Shown here piece by piece: positions 40,488 to 50,127 of a DNA stretch of 64,000 bases. Within the stretch, counting starts at the first letter, position 1. Each line of letters begins with the position of its first letter. The notes under the pieces were generated by a model. It did no database searches, was not told the origin of the DNA, and saw nothing but the letters and a program-made list of their open reading frames with translations. Origin of the DNA: Thermoprotei archaeon (GTDB taxonomy: Archaea > Thermoproteota > Thermoprotei > Gearchaeales > WAQG01); NCBI GenBank assembly GCA_049976445.1, contig JBMFIF010000002.1, positions 5,115 to 69,114 on the forward strand, in the 5' to 3' direction. The translations under genes were made by a program, and so were the position numbers.

Positions 40488-40590
40488 TTATACTCAGGAA
40501 GATATTAATAAAATTAAAGATAACTCACTATCAAAAATTGGTATGATAGTTAATGAGCTGGCGAATAGTTCGATGATACTTAAAACAATA
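40488..40590 (+). repeat. direct repeat copy B (about 100 bp), forming the promoter and 5' end of the ABC permease gene
   Basis: See copy A; spacing between copies is about 2.7 kb. Confidence 0.65.
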
Positions 40591-41436
40591 GAGGAGAATT
40601 ATGATAGTTTCATAGAAACTGTTCTGAGCGATGTGAGCAGTGAGATTAGTAGGTTGTCTATTCATTTCGTTGGATTACAAAATTTTGCAACACTCTTTAC
40701 TGATTCTAGATTTCCATATTCAATTTTTAAAACAATTCTCTTCGTGTTAACCAGCGTACCTTTAAAGGTTATTTTTGGAATTATAATAGCATTTCTTTTT
40801 TCAAGTCCACTAATTTACGGTAGAAAAATTATGCGAGCAATGTTATTAATTCCATGGGCTCTACCAGTACTCCTCTCAGTAACAACATGGAGAATGCTAT
40901 TTGCCCCCGATGGCCCATTAGCCTTGATTCTCAGTCAGATGTTAAATTATAAATTCAGCATCTATACTCATGAATGGGATGCATTTTTTGTGTATAATAT
41001 TGTAGAGATGTGGTTAGCATACCCATTCATAATGACTATAACAATGGGTGCAATAGCAAGTGTACCTAAAGAATTTATAGAGGCATCATATATGGATGGG
41101 ATAAGCGTTTTCTCTCGGTTTAGAAAAATCATGTTACCTTTAACAATTAAACCTATACTCTTTGCAACAATACTTACTAGTGGCGCATCGTTACAGGCGT
41201 TTATGGTACCGTTACTTATAAACGATGGTGGACCAACAACTATGATAAAGTTACCAGGATTTACTTCAACCCTTGGAAATGCAAACGAATTAATGATCCT
41301 TTATGGATACAATAGAGCCTGGCTAGATCAACAATATGGTCTTTCGACAGCTACATTTCTCGTAGTCGTCGCTATTCTATTCATATATGCATTAATATGG
41401 TTTTACTTCATCTATAGAAGAGGTACCACAAAATGA
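40543..41436 (+). CDS. ABC sugar transporter permease (MalF-like)
   Basis: EAA-type motif region (FIEASYMDGISVFSRFRKIMLP), 6 TM helices, 297 aa. Confidence 0.75.
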   Translation: MIVNELANSSMILKTIEENYDSFIETVLSDVSSEISRLSIHFVGLQNFATLFTDSRFPYSIFKTILFVLTSVPLKVIFGIIIAFLFSSPLIYGRKIMRAMLLIPWALPVLLSVTTWRMLFAPDGPLALILSQMLNYKFSIYTHEWDAFFVYNIVEMWLAYPFIMTITMGAIASVPKEFIEASYMDGISVFSRFRKIMLPLTIKPILFATILTSGASLQAFMVPLLINDGGPTTMIKLPGFTSTLGNANELMILYGYNRAWLDQQYGLSTATFLVVVAILFIYALIWFYFIYRRGTTK

Positions 41437-42287
41437 AAGTATTCAAATTTAGGTATTATATTATCAAACTGACATTAACATTAGTTGCAATACTAATAGT
41501 CTTTATGATTCTTTATCCATTGATGTATGATATCATGACTTCAATAGTAAGTGGACAAACATTAGTGACAAGCATTAATGATATGACAAAACGTGGTCTA
41601 TCAGTATCGCATTATTTATCAGCCATAACTGATCCACATTTCATTAACGCAACAATAATAAGTATTATGGTAGCATTAGTGAATATCATATTATCACTAC
41701 TAATAATAACACCAGCAGCCTATGCATTTTCAAGGTTTGAGTTTTTCGGAAAGAACACATTACTAATACTTTATCTAATACTTAGTCAAATAGGTGGAGG
41801 GTTTGGAATTGCAAGCGTAATAGCATTGTACGTATTTTTATTAAAACTTAATGCATTAGGGTTACCTGTAATAGGTAATCCATTAGTCTTACCAATCATA
41901 TACACATCCACAGCAGTGCCATTCCAGACGTGGTTAATCAAAAACTATTTTGACTCATTACCTAAAAGTTTAGATGAAGCTGCATTTATAGATGGTGTTA
42001 GATGGAATGATATAATATTCAGAGTGATCTTGCCAGCATCAAAACCAGCTATTATAATCATAGCATTATTTGCATTCATGGGGGCATGGGGAGAATTCAT
42101 AATAGCCAATTTTCTAAGAATTGAGACATTAGCGGCATACATTTATGAAACAGCCACAGGACAAACAATATATTGGAGTGACTTCGCTGCAAGAACACTA
42201 CTTTTCGCAATACCAATAATCATAATGTACGTGTTGACACAAAAATACATAGGAGAAGCAATGAAGTACGGAGCTGGAAAACTCTAA
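41433..42287 (+). CDS. ABC sugar transporter permease (MalG-like)
   Basis: LDEAAFIDGVRWNDIIFRVILPASKP EAA motif; 284 aa. Confidence 0.8.
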   Translation: MKVFKFRYYIIKLTLTLVAILIVFMILYPLMYDIMTSIVSGQTLVTSINDMTKRGLSVSHYLSAITDPHFINATIISIMVALVNIILSLLIITPAAYAFSRFEFFGKNTLLILYLILSQIGGGFGIASVIALYVFLLKLNALGLPVIGNPLVLPIIYTSTAVPFQTWLIKNYFDSLPKSLDEAAFIDGVRWNDIIFRVILPASKPAIIIIALFAFMGAWGEFIIANFLRIETLAAYIYETATGQTIYWSDFAARTLLFAIPIIIMYVLTQKYIGEAMKYGAGKL

Positions 42288-42362
42288 ATACTTATAACTA
42301 AAATTAAAATCTTATTCTTTATACTAAGTAAGAGTTACCTGTGTTTATGTTTATATTTATTT

Positions 42363-43319
42363 GTGTTTTTGTGTTATGTGGTGCTAGAAATGGTTAGAAT
42401 TTTGGTTACTGATCAAGTTCATGAAAGTGGTTTAAAATTGCTCAAAGAAAATAATTTTGATGTCGATGTTTTACTGGGAATTGATGAGGGTAATCTTGCG
42501 AGAATTGTTGGTAATTATGATGGATTGATCGTAAGAGGGAGGACTAAAGTTACTGAAAGAGTTTTAGAAAATTCTGGTAAACTTAAAATCATAGTACGAG
42601 CAGGTGTAGGACTTGATAATATAGATTTAAATGTTGCAAAGAAAAAGGGTATTTTTGTATATAATACACCTGGTGCGCCTTCTGTCGCTGTCGCGGAATT
42701 AACTGTTGGTTTAATTGTATGTGTTTTGAGAGGTATTGGTAAGGGTTATTATGATCTCAGGCATGGTAAATGGAGTAAAAATGAACTCATGGGTCGTGAG
42801 ATTCGTGGTAAGGTTGTGAGTATTATAGGGTTTGGGAGGATCGGTTATGAAGTTGCTAAACGTCTTAAAGCGTTTGATGCAAAAATTGTAGTCTATGATG
42901 TAGATAGGAATAGAGAAATTCTTGCAAGAAGTCTTGGTGTTGATTTTGCTAATAGTTTAGAAGAAGCTCTTTCAGTTGGTGATATAGTTACACTTCATGT
43001 GCCTTTATTGCCTGAGACTAGACATTTAATTAATGCTGAGAAAATAAAAATTATGAAACGCGGGGCTTATTTAATCAACGTAGCACGTGGTGAAGTTATT
43101 GATGAAAAAGCTCTACTTGATGCACTAAAGAACGGTCAGTTATCTGGCGTAGCATTGGATGTTTTTTCAGTTGAGCCTCCTAAAGAACCTTGGGAGCTTG
43201 AATTACTTTCTCTTCCAAACGTGATCGCAACGCCACACATAGGAGCTCAAACAATTGAAACTCAAGAGGCTGAATCATTAGAAGCTGCAAAAATCATTAT
43301 AGATTTCTTTAAAAAATAA
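42363..43319 (+). CDS. D-isomer-specific 2-hydroxyacid dehydrogenase (phosphoglycerate dehydrogenase / glyoxylate reductase family, no ACT domain)
   Basis: GFGRIGYEVAKR NAD-binding motif, catalytic R (NVARGEVID) and H (PHIGAQT); 318 aa. Confidence 0.8.
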   Translation: MFLCYVVLEMVRILVTDQVHESGLKLLKENNFDVDVLLGIDEGNLARIVGNYDGLIVRGRTKVTERVLENSGKLKIIVRAGVGLDNIDLNVAKKKGIFVYNTPGAPSVAVAELTVGLIVCVLRGIGKGYYDLRHGKWSKNELMGREIRGKVVSIIGFGRIGYEVAKRLKAFDAKIVVYDVDRNREILARSLGVDFANSLEEALSVGDIVTLHVPLLPETRHLINAEKIKIMKRGAYLINVARGEVIDEKALLDALKNGQLSGVALDVFSVEPPKEPWELELLSLPNVIATPHIGAQTIETQEAESLEAAKIIIDFFKK

Positions 43320-43432
43320 TTTTTTATTAAATTTTGCAAAATTAAAGTGGTTATTGGTTTGCATATACATGATTGTTATTTTATCGTTTGTAAAAATATA
43401 TTAATCAATTAATTTATTTTCAGTATGCTGAA

Positions 43433-44152
43433 ATGAGTGTTGTAGAGCTAAAGAATGTGACAAAGGTTTATAGGTTGCCTGGCGCACCAGAGGTTTGGGC
43501 ATTAAGGAATATAAACTTGAAAGTAAGGAGAGGGGAATTTCTATCTATAATGGGACCTTCAGGTCATGGGAAAACTACATTGCTTCAGATTATAGGTCTG
43601 CTTGATAAACCAACATCTGGAACTGTTATTATAAATGGTGTTGAAGTTAATGGTCTTAGTGATAATGAGCTTGCAAGGTTTAGAAATAAAGTATTAGGAT
43701 TTGTTTTTCAACAGTATAATTTGATTAATAGAATGAGTGTCCTAGAAAATATAGAGATACCATTAATAATAAGAGGGATTCCTAGGAGTAAAAGAATTGA
43801 GATTGTGAAAGAAGCATTAATGATGGTTGGCGGGGATCTTACATGGCTTACTAAAAAGCCTTCTCAATTATCAGGTGGTCAACAACAGAGAGTAGCAATA
43901 GCAAGAGCTATCGTGGGTAATCCAGAAATAATATTAGCGGATGAACCGACTGGTAATCTCGATTCAGAATCTTCTAAGATAATAATGGAAACATTTGTGA
44001 AACTTAATAAAACTGGTAAAACAATAATCATGGTCACGCATAATCCTGAAATTGCCATGTGTAGCGAAAGGATAGTATTAATTAGAGATGGTATCATAGT
44101 TGGTGAAGAAAGATCAGACCCTAGTAAAAGCATTCTTTATGTTAAACGTTAA
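43433..44152 (+). CDS. ABC ATPase, MacB/LolD/FtsE-like
   Basis: GPSGHGKTT, LSGGQQQRVAIARA, ILADEPTGNLD; 239 aa. Confidence 0.8.
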   Translation: MSVVELKNVTKVYRLPGAPEVWALRNINLKVRRGEFLSIMGPSGHGKTTLLQIIGLLDKPTSGTVIINGVEVNGLSDNELARFRNKVLGFVFQQYNLINRMSVLENIEIPLIIRGIPRSKRIEIVKEALMMVGGDLTWLTKKPSQLSGGQQQRVAIARAIVGNPEIILADEPTGNLDSESSKIIMETFVKLNKTGKTIIMVTHNPEIAMCSERIVLIRDGIIVGEERSDPSKSILYVKR

Positions 44153-44220
44153 CCTCCTATATTTTGTGAAGATAAACTAAAAACTTAAATTTATCTGAGA
44201 ATTATTAATTTGAGTAAAAA

Positions 44221-47200
44221 ATGAAAAATCGATTTATTGCTGCATTTTTGATGATTTTTATTTTATTGGAGATTCCGCTGTATCTTCAATCTGTGTTTGC
44301 TTCAGGTAATTTTACGTTAGTATCTACATTATGGGGTTCTCAATCTAACCCTCAAAAGGTTTATCCTGGAAGTAGTAATGTAAGATTTATTGTTCTAATT
44401 AGGAATGATTATTCAAATTTAGTCAGTGTTGTTGGGTATCTCAGCTTACCTTATGGATTTTCTGGTACGAATGGTGGAAATGTTTTAAGTGCTGTCGGTT
44501 ACATATCAACAAATAACACTATAAGATATAATATAAATAAGGGGGAAATCTTTGAACTTGATTATTTCTTAAATATAGCTGGCTTTTTAGCTCCGGGCAC
44601 TTATTACGGTAATTTGACCTTGAATTTTACTAACTCTACATTTTCAAACGGTAATTTTACTATGAATGTGCCAATGACAGTTAGTAGTTTTCCAACATTT
44701 AATTTTCAAATTATTAGTGTATACTGGTCAACAACTGGAGGTACTATAGTTAACGCTGTACCTGGCACAAGAAACGTTGAACTTAACGTTATTCTTAAAA
44801 ATATTGGCACTGACAATATCAATAGTATATCGGCTCAACTAATTCTAAACAAGCCATTTAATCCTAATAAAGTTATGAGTAGTGCACAGCAAGTAAATAA
44901 AGGCAGCACGTTTACGCTAACGTTTACAGGTATTTCAATTGATTTTGCCAGCGCACCTGGTAACTATATGGAACAGTTAATGATTAACTCTACTTTTATT
45001 GGATACGGAGGAGCTACTAGCACATACACAAATATGATTAATTTATCATTAGTAATAGGGAACTATTCAAATGCAGGAATACAAATTGTTAGTGTTCAGT
45101 GGAATGGTGGTGAAAAGGTTTATTCCGGATCTAGGAAAGTTTCATTAGATGTAGTAATACAAAACATGGGAAGCTACACAATAAGTAATATGTTATCACG
45201 TATAATTCTTCCTAGTGGTTTCACCAATGCATATGGTTCAAACATAATTAATACAACATCTACTGCTGTCCTAAATTACGGAAATAGTATTACATTAAAC
45301 TTTAGTCCAATATACATAGGTGACTCTACAAAACCTGGTATTTATTATGTTAGACTTGTTATTATGTCAGTTGTTTCAATAGATAACACAAATCTGATAG
45401 CAAAGGATAATTTTACCATACCGATTTATGTTAATGATTTAATAACACCAATTGATCTGGTAAGTGTAGATTGGTCTTATAATGGAAATCCAGCACCTGC
45501 TTTACCAGGATCGCAATATGTAATACTGTCAATCACTTTTGTAAATAGAGGAGAAGATACATATTCAGGTTTTCAACCGAGGTTAATACTACCCCGAGGT
45601 TTTACGGTCTTTGGAACTAGTGCAGATCCTGGTCCTATTACGCCAGGTTCAATATTTACGGTTAGATCTTATGTGAATGTTAGTGATACCGTATTACCAG
45701 GGAATTATATTGCGAATTTAACTTTAAGGTTTAGTGTAAATCCATCAGGTATAAATACTGTTGGATCGATGAACTTCTCAATACCACTTTACATAATGGA
45801 TCCTAAAGGTTTTGATACCAAAATATCCATAGTAAATGCTTATTGGGGCACTGGTACCCCTAATCCAGTTTATCCAGGATCTAAAAATGTACCTTTAACT
45901 GTTGAGATTGTTAATGTTGGACTTTATACAGCACAAGCTGTTCAAATAGGTATTTCTGCTCCTGAAACTTTCACACCAATAATTAATTCAACTAGCGTCA
46001 CATCTACATTACCTTCAGGTTCCTTTGCCTCTGCTGTCTTGTATTTTGATATATCACCACATACTACTCCAGGATCTTATGTGTTCTTAGTGAACGTGAA
46101 ATATTTTATAAGTGTTTATGGTGCAACAATATATAGATATGTTAAATTTGTTTTTGTATTGTATGTATCTCAACCAACTTCAGGGCCTCCATATATTAAT
46201 GTAGTTAATTCGGGTTGGCTTAATAATTATCCTGTATATCCTGGGACTCAGAATGCTACATTCAGTTTAACTATAAACAATGAGGCGCCATTTCCGATTG
46301 CTGGGATTCATTTAAAACTTGTTTTACCTAGAGGATTTACACCTGGAGTCAATGGAGTAGAATCATACATAGGAGGCCCAATACAGCAATGGCAAACAGC
46401 GTCTGCAAGTTTTAGTATAAATGTTAATGCGAGCACATTACCTGGATTATATACTGCATCCTTAAAAATTGATTATATTTTATTGAGTGGAGGAAATAAC
46501 TTAAAGAATAGCGAAGAGAAAGAGATAGTACTACGTGTAAACTCGTTAAAAGGTTTTGAATATATTACATATAATTGGGTCGGATATGCTCCGAACCCGG
46601 GTAATGTAGGAGCTACTTTGATTGTTCTTGTCAGAAATACAGAGGTGCCAACTATGAAGGGAATCGTTGCAGAGATTCAGTTACCAAAAGGTTTTAACTC
46701 TACAATAACTGGGACAAGAGTTTTTAATGTAACACCTTATATATTTACTTCTATAAATCAGGTTCAGAATTTATTACAACGCACACCTGTTTCTAGCTTA
46801 CAATTTATGGTTCCTCAACAAGCAACACAAGCAAATCTCGGAGATTTCCTGGCAATACCTATATCAGTATCTATTAACAAAAATGTAACCCCAGGCTATT
46901 ATCCGATAATAATAAAGCTTAATTTTTTAGATCAATGGAATGTTGTTAGGAACGTTATAGTTAATGGAGACTTCTGGCTACCAGGTTCATCAAACATTAT
47001 TCAAGTTGTAGAAGGAAAATCTAAGTTATTAGTTGGTAATAGGACTGCAGAAATCAATATATATCTTAGGAATAATGGTTCATCGTCAGTTTACAACGTG
47101 TATGTTGCAATAACTAACATGGAAGCACCAATCTCGATATCGTCAACTGTGAAATATATACCTATAATTGGGCCCAATTCTGAAGTGCCCGTATCATGGG

Positions 47201-47799
47201 TTGTATCCGTAAGCCCTTCAATCAGTTATTTGGGGTCAGTACCGATAGTACTTTCAATTACTTTTGTAGATCCTGCAGGCTTCAGGCATAATATTACTCA
47301 GACAGCAATTCTTTTCATAGAAGGTCTTGCTGAAATAAAGTTCGTTGATGTAACCGTGGAGCCAAAACCTATCTATTTAGGTTCCACAATAACAATATCG
47401 GCAACATTAATCAACTTAGGAACTTATAAGGCCGGAAACGTTGAGGCATGGTTAGAGGGTAATGACATAATTACACTTTCTAATTCATATACGTTTGTGG
47501 GTGATATAGATGTTGGTTCGCAAATACCGATAAGTTTATCAGCTAATATAAGCAACAAAGCTGTAAATAAAACAATCGTGTATATAGTAATTAAATTTAA
47601 GAATGTTTTTAATGAAATAACGACTGAACGGTATCCGATAGTTCTGAACATTACATATAAACCTCCACAGACGCAAACACAAGCGCAGAGTCTTATTTTA
47701 CCAAATGTATACGAACTTTTAATAATTGTAGCTACTGTTATATTCCTATCAGTAAGTGGATATATGATCTATCTCTTGTATAAGAAAACAAAGCATTAA
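44221..47799 (+). CDS. large secreted surface protein with about 8-9 repeated beta-sandwich (CARDB-like) modules and a C-terminal TM anchor
   Basis: Signal peptide; recurring (V/I)YPGS/T-x-NV...L/V-x-N-x-G modules about 110-130 aa apart; C-terminal hydrophobic helix + KKTKH; 1192 aa. Confidence 0.6.
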   Translation: MKNRFIAAFLMIFILLEIPLYLQSVFASGNFTLVSTLWGSQSNPQKVYPGSSNVRFIVLIRNDYSNLVSVVGYLSLPYGFSGTNGGNVLSAVGYISTNNTIRYNINKGEIFELDYFLNIAGFLAPGTYYGNLTLNFTNSTFSNGNFTMNVPMTVSSFPTFNFQIISVYWSTTGGTIVNAVPGTRNVELNVILKNIGTDNINSISAQLILNKPFNPNKVMSSAQQVNKGSTFTLTFTGISIDFASAPGNYMEQLMINSTFIGYGGATSTYTNMINLSLVIGNYSNAGIQIVSVQWNGGEKVYSGSRKVSLDVVIQNMGSYTISNMLSRIILPSGFTNAYGSNIINTTSTAVLNYGNSITLNFSPIYIGDSTKPGIYYVRLVIMSVVSIDNTNLIAKDNFTIPIYVNDLITPIDLVSVDWSYNGNPAPALPGSQYVILSITFVNRGEDTYSGFQPRLILPRGFTVFGTSADPGPITPGSIFTVRSYVNVSDTVLPGNYIANLTLRFSVNPSGINTVGSMNFSIPLYIMDPKGFDTKISIVNAYWGTGTPNPVYPGSKNVPLTVEIVNVGLYTAQAVQIGISAPETFTPIINSTSVTSTLPSGSFASAVLYFDISPHTTPGSYVFLVNVKYFISVYGATIYRYVKFVFVLYVSQPTSGPPYINVVNSGWLNNYPVYPGTQNATFSLTINNEAPFPIAGIHLKLVLPRGFTPGVNGVESYIGGPIQQWQTASASFSINVNASTLPGLYTASLKIDYILLSGGNNLKNSEEKEIVLRVNSLKGFEYITYNWVGYAPNPGNVGATLIVLVRNTEVPTMKGIVAEIQLPKGFNSTITGTRVFNVTPYIFTSINQVQNLLQRTPVSSLQFMVPQQATQANLGDFLAIPISVSINKNVTPGYYPIIIKLNFLDQWNVVRNVIVNGDFWLPGSSNIIQVVEGKSKLLVGNRTAEINIYLRNNGSSSVYNVYVAITNMEAPISISSTVKYIPIIGPNSEVPVSWVVSVSPSISYLGSVPIVLSITFVDPAGFRHNITQTAILFIEGLAEIKFVDVTVEPKPIYLGSTITISATLINLGTYKAGNVEAWLEGNDIITLSNSYTFVGDIDVGSQIPISLSANISNKAVNKTIVYIVIKFKNVFNEITTERYPIVLNITYKPPQTQTQAQSLILPNVYELLIIVATVIFLSVSGYMIYLLYKKTKH

Positions 47800-47809
47800 G
47801 TGATTATTT

Positions 47810-49027
47810 ATGATAAGGGTTAGTGATATTTTTAGATTCGCTTTCTCGATACTAACTGAAAAGAAATTAAGAGCTATTTTAACTATTATAGGAATAGCAA
47901 TAGGCCCTGCTGCTATGGTCACGATAATAGGTACAACCCAAGGATACTCGTTAACTATAGTAAATAGTCTCACTTCATTAGGCCAGAACATTATTGTAGC
48001 TTTTCCTGAGAAAGGTTATAGTTTTACTGATAATACAGTTAACACTCTTAAATCATTAAGCTATGTGAAAACAGCAATACCATTTTATACTTCACAAGGT
48101 ATAATAAAAAGATCTGACGGATCACAACTTACTGTTTCAATTTATGCCACTAACCTAGATGAATTGTTTAAAGCCGTTTCTAGTTTAGAACTTGAAAGTG
48201 GTATTATTCCTAATCCTACATCATACACATCAGGCATATTAGGTCATGATATAGTATATAAGGATAATAATAAGTTGATCAATGTGGGCGATTCCGTAGG
48301 AATAAAGATTGTCATTGCAAAAGGTAATAATTTAGAAGTAAAAAATATCAATGTAAGGATTTCTGGTATATTAAGTAAATACGGCAGTGCATTAGTCCTT
48401 AACCCTGATTCAACACTATTTTTGCCTCTTCAAGCCGGTCGCTCATTACTATCGATGAACAACTACAGTGGAATATTGGTCGTTGCAGTAGATAGTTCGC
48501 ATGTGGTGAATATAGTCGATGAAATCAAAAATAAATATCAAGATTTAGTAACCACATTTGCATTCCAACAGATTGCTAATATAATTAGTTCAGTCGTAGA
48601 TACATTAAACTTTCTGCTTTTTGCTTTATCTTCATCAGCATTTAGTGTAGCAGTTACTGGAACAATGGCTACCATGTTCACATCTGTGATAGAAAGAAGC
48701 AAAGAGATAGGCGTGCTTAAAGCAATGGGATATTCGAATGCGCTTGTTCTATTGTTAATCACAACTGAGGCACTTTTAATGAGTTTATTAGGGGGCATAA
48801 TGGGAGTAATAATTGGAGCTATTGGAGCTAACATCCTTTCTTCGGCAGGTTCGTTTGTAATTAGGGGAGTAAGCGAATCAATAACAATAAAAGCAGGGCC
48901 TTTAATAACTATTGATCTAATATTAAGGTCTATAGGTATGGCTATAGTTGTTGGTATAATAGGGGGTTTCATACCAGCTTATAGAGCATCTAAGATACAA
49001 CCAGCTATTGCACTTAGATACGAGTAA
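47810..49027 (+). CDS. FtsX/MacB-like ABC permease (4 TM helices with a large extracytoplasmic domain)
   Basis: N-terminal TM, about 230-aa extracellular domain, three C-terminal TM helices of FtsX type; 405 aa; follows the ABC ATPase. Confidence 0.7.
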   Translation: MIRVSDIFRFAFSILTEKKLRAILTIIGIAIGPAAMVTIIGTTQGYSLTIVNSLTSLGQNIIVAFPEKGYSFTDNTVNTLKSLSYVKTAIPFYTSQGIIKRSDGSQLTVSIYATNLDELFKAVSSLELESGIIPNPTSYTSGILGHDIVYKDNNKLINVGDSVGIKIVIAKGNNLEVKNINVRISGILSKYGSALVLNPDSTLFLPLQAGRSLLSMNNYSGILVVAVDSSHVVNIVDEIKNKYQDLVTTFAFQQIANIISSVVDTLNFLLFALSSSAFSVAVTGTMATMFTSVIERSKEIGVLKAMGYSNALVLLLITTEALLMSLLGGIMGVIIGAIGANILSSAGSFVIRGVSESITIKAGPLITIDLILRSIGMAIVVGIIGGFIPAYRASKIQPAIALRYE

Positions 49028-49038
49028 TAGTTTAATTT

Positions 49039-50127
49039 TTAAGTATCTTTCTCCATGCTTTTTATTTTCTTTAATATGTAACGGTCTATTATTGCTGTTA
49101 GACCGTATTTACTGAATGCTTCAAGTTCAGCTTTTAGGCCTATCTTCTTAAATGCTCTAAGTTGTTCTGCCCATATGCCATCGCTATATCTAGGGTCTCT
49201 TTCTAATGTTATTAAACGTTGTACATCGATAGTGTTTAGTTTAAGTGCAGGTAAGTCGTATTTTTTAATATCTGTTGCCCATATGCCCACCCACTTGGCA
49301 TTAGGTGTTGCTAGAAATGGTATATGAGCTGCTTGTGCTGATCCTGATGTGATGACCCTTGCGATGTGCATTCCCCATGGATCCGCATCGGTAAGAATGT
49401 ATACCGGTAGTCCTAATTCTTCATGTAATCTTCTTATGACAATTCTGGTAAATCTTGGTGCTTGGCCTCCGGTATCTATAAGGATTGCATTTAGTTTGTT
49501 GTAAAGCCCTTCTTCTATGAATCTTCTAAACATTGCTCCTTTTTCTACAGCTATAACCATTCTTGCGTTTGTTTCGATGAATTTTGCTGTTGCAATAGAA
49601 AGTCCTATGTTTTTGCCATCAGGATCTGACATTAAGTTTACCTTTAATCCTGCGTGGCTTTCAGGTGTTGTATATTCAATGGTCAAATCACCAAATATCG
49701 AGCTTTTCTCTTCAGGTAGAATGTTAAATGTTTCGCGTGGTACACCTAGTATGCTTTCTAGCTCAACAACTACATTATCTGATTCATCTTGTTCATCAAA
49801 CTTGATTGCTTCGTCGTTGAATGAATGATAGTATAGATCTCTGAGACTGCACGATTTGCCCTTATCTACTAGATTTGTTTTTGCAAAAGCTGCAACCCAC
49901 ATTAATCTTGCGAATGCCTTTGATTGTTTTATGTTTGAACTGCTCCTTATTGACATTTTTTCTCCTAATTTTACTACTCCTTTTTCTGGGTCATATATGA
50001 TGTTTGAAACGCTTCTTACAGGCAGTTTTATTTTTGGATATAAACCAGATTCTAACTGTTTATATACTTCAAGACCAAGAAGTCTTAATCGTTCCGATAT
50101 ATTCATTCTATCGTTATTCATACTCAT
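49039..50127 (-). CDS. top6A: DNA topoisomerase VI subunit A (Spo11 homolog)
   Basis: CAP/winged-helix region with the catalytic Tyr context and Toprim DxD (YILTDADPWGMHIA); 362 aa; stop overlaps the top6B start. Confidence 0.85.
   Translation of the reverse strand: MSMNNDRMNISERLRLLGLEVYKQLESGLYPKIKLPVRSVSNIIYDPEKGVVKLGEKMSIRSSSNIKQSKAFARLMWVAAFAKTNLVDKGKSCSLRDLYYHSFNDEAIKFDEQDESDNVVVELESILGVPRETFNILPEEKSSIFGDLTIEYTTPESHAGLKVNLMSDPDGKNIGLSIATAKFIETNARMVIAVEKGAMFRRFIEEGLYNKLNAILIDTGGQAPRFTRIVIRRLHEELGLPVYILTDADPWGMHIARVITSGSAQAAHIPFLATPNAKWVGIWATDIKKYDLPALKLNTIDVQRLITLERDPRYSDGIWAEQLRAFKKIGLKAELEAFSKYGLTAIIDRYILKKIKSMEKDT

Noticed and set aside
43333-43346. Perfect 14-bp palindrome AATTTTGCAAAATT upstream of the ABC ATPase gene
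   Set aside because: AT-only palindromes of this length are expected by chance in a genome with about one-third GC, and there is no second copy in the window.
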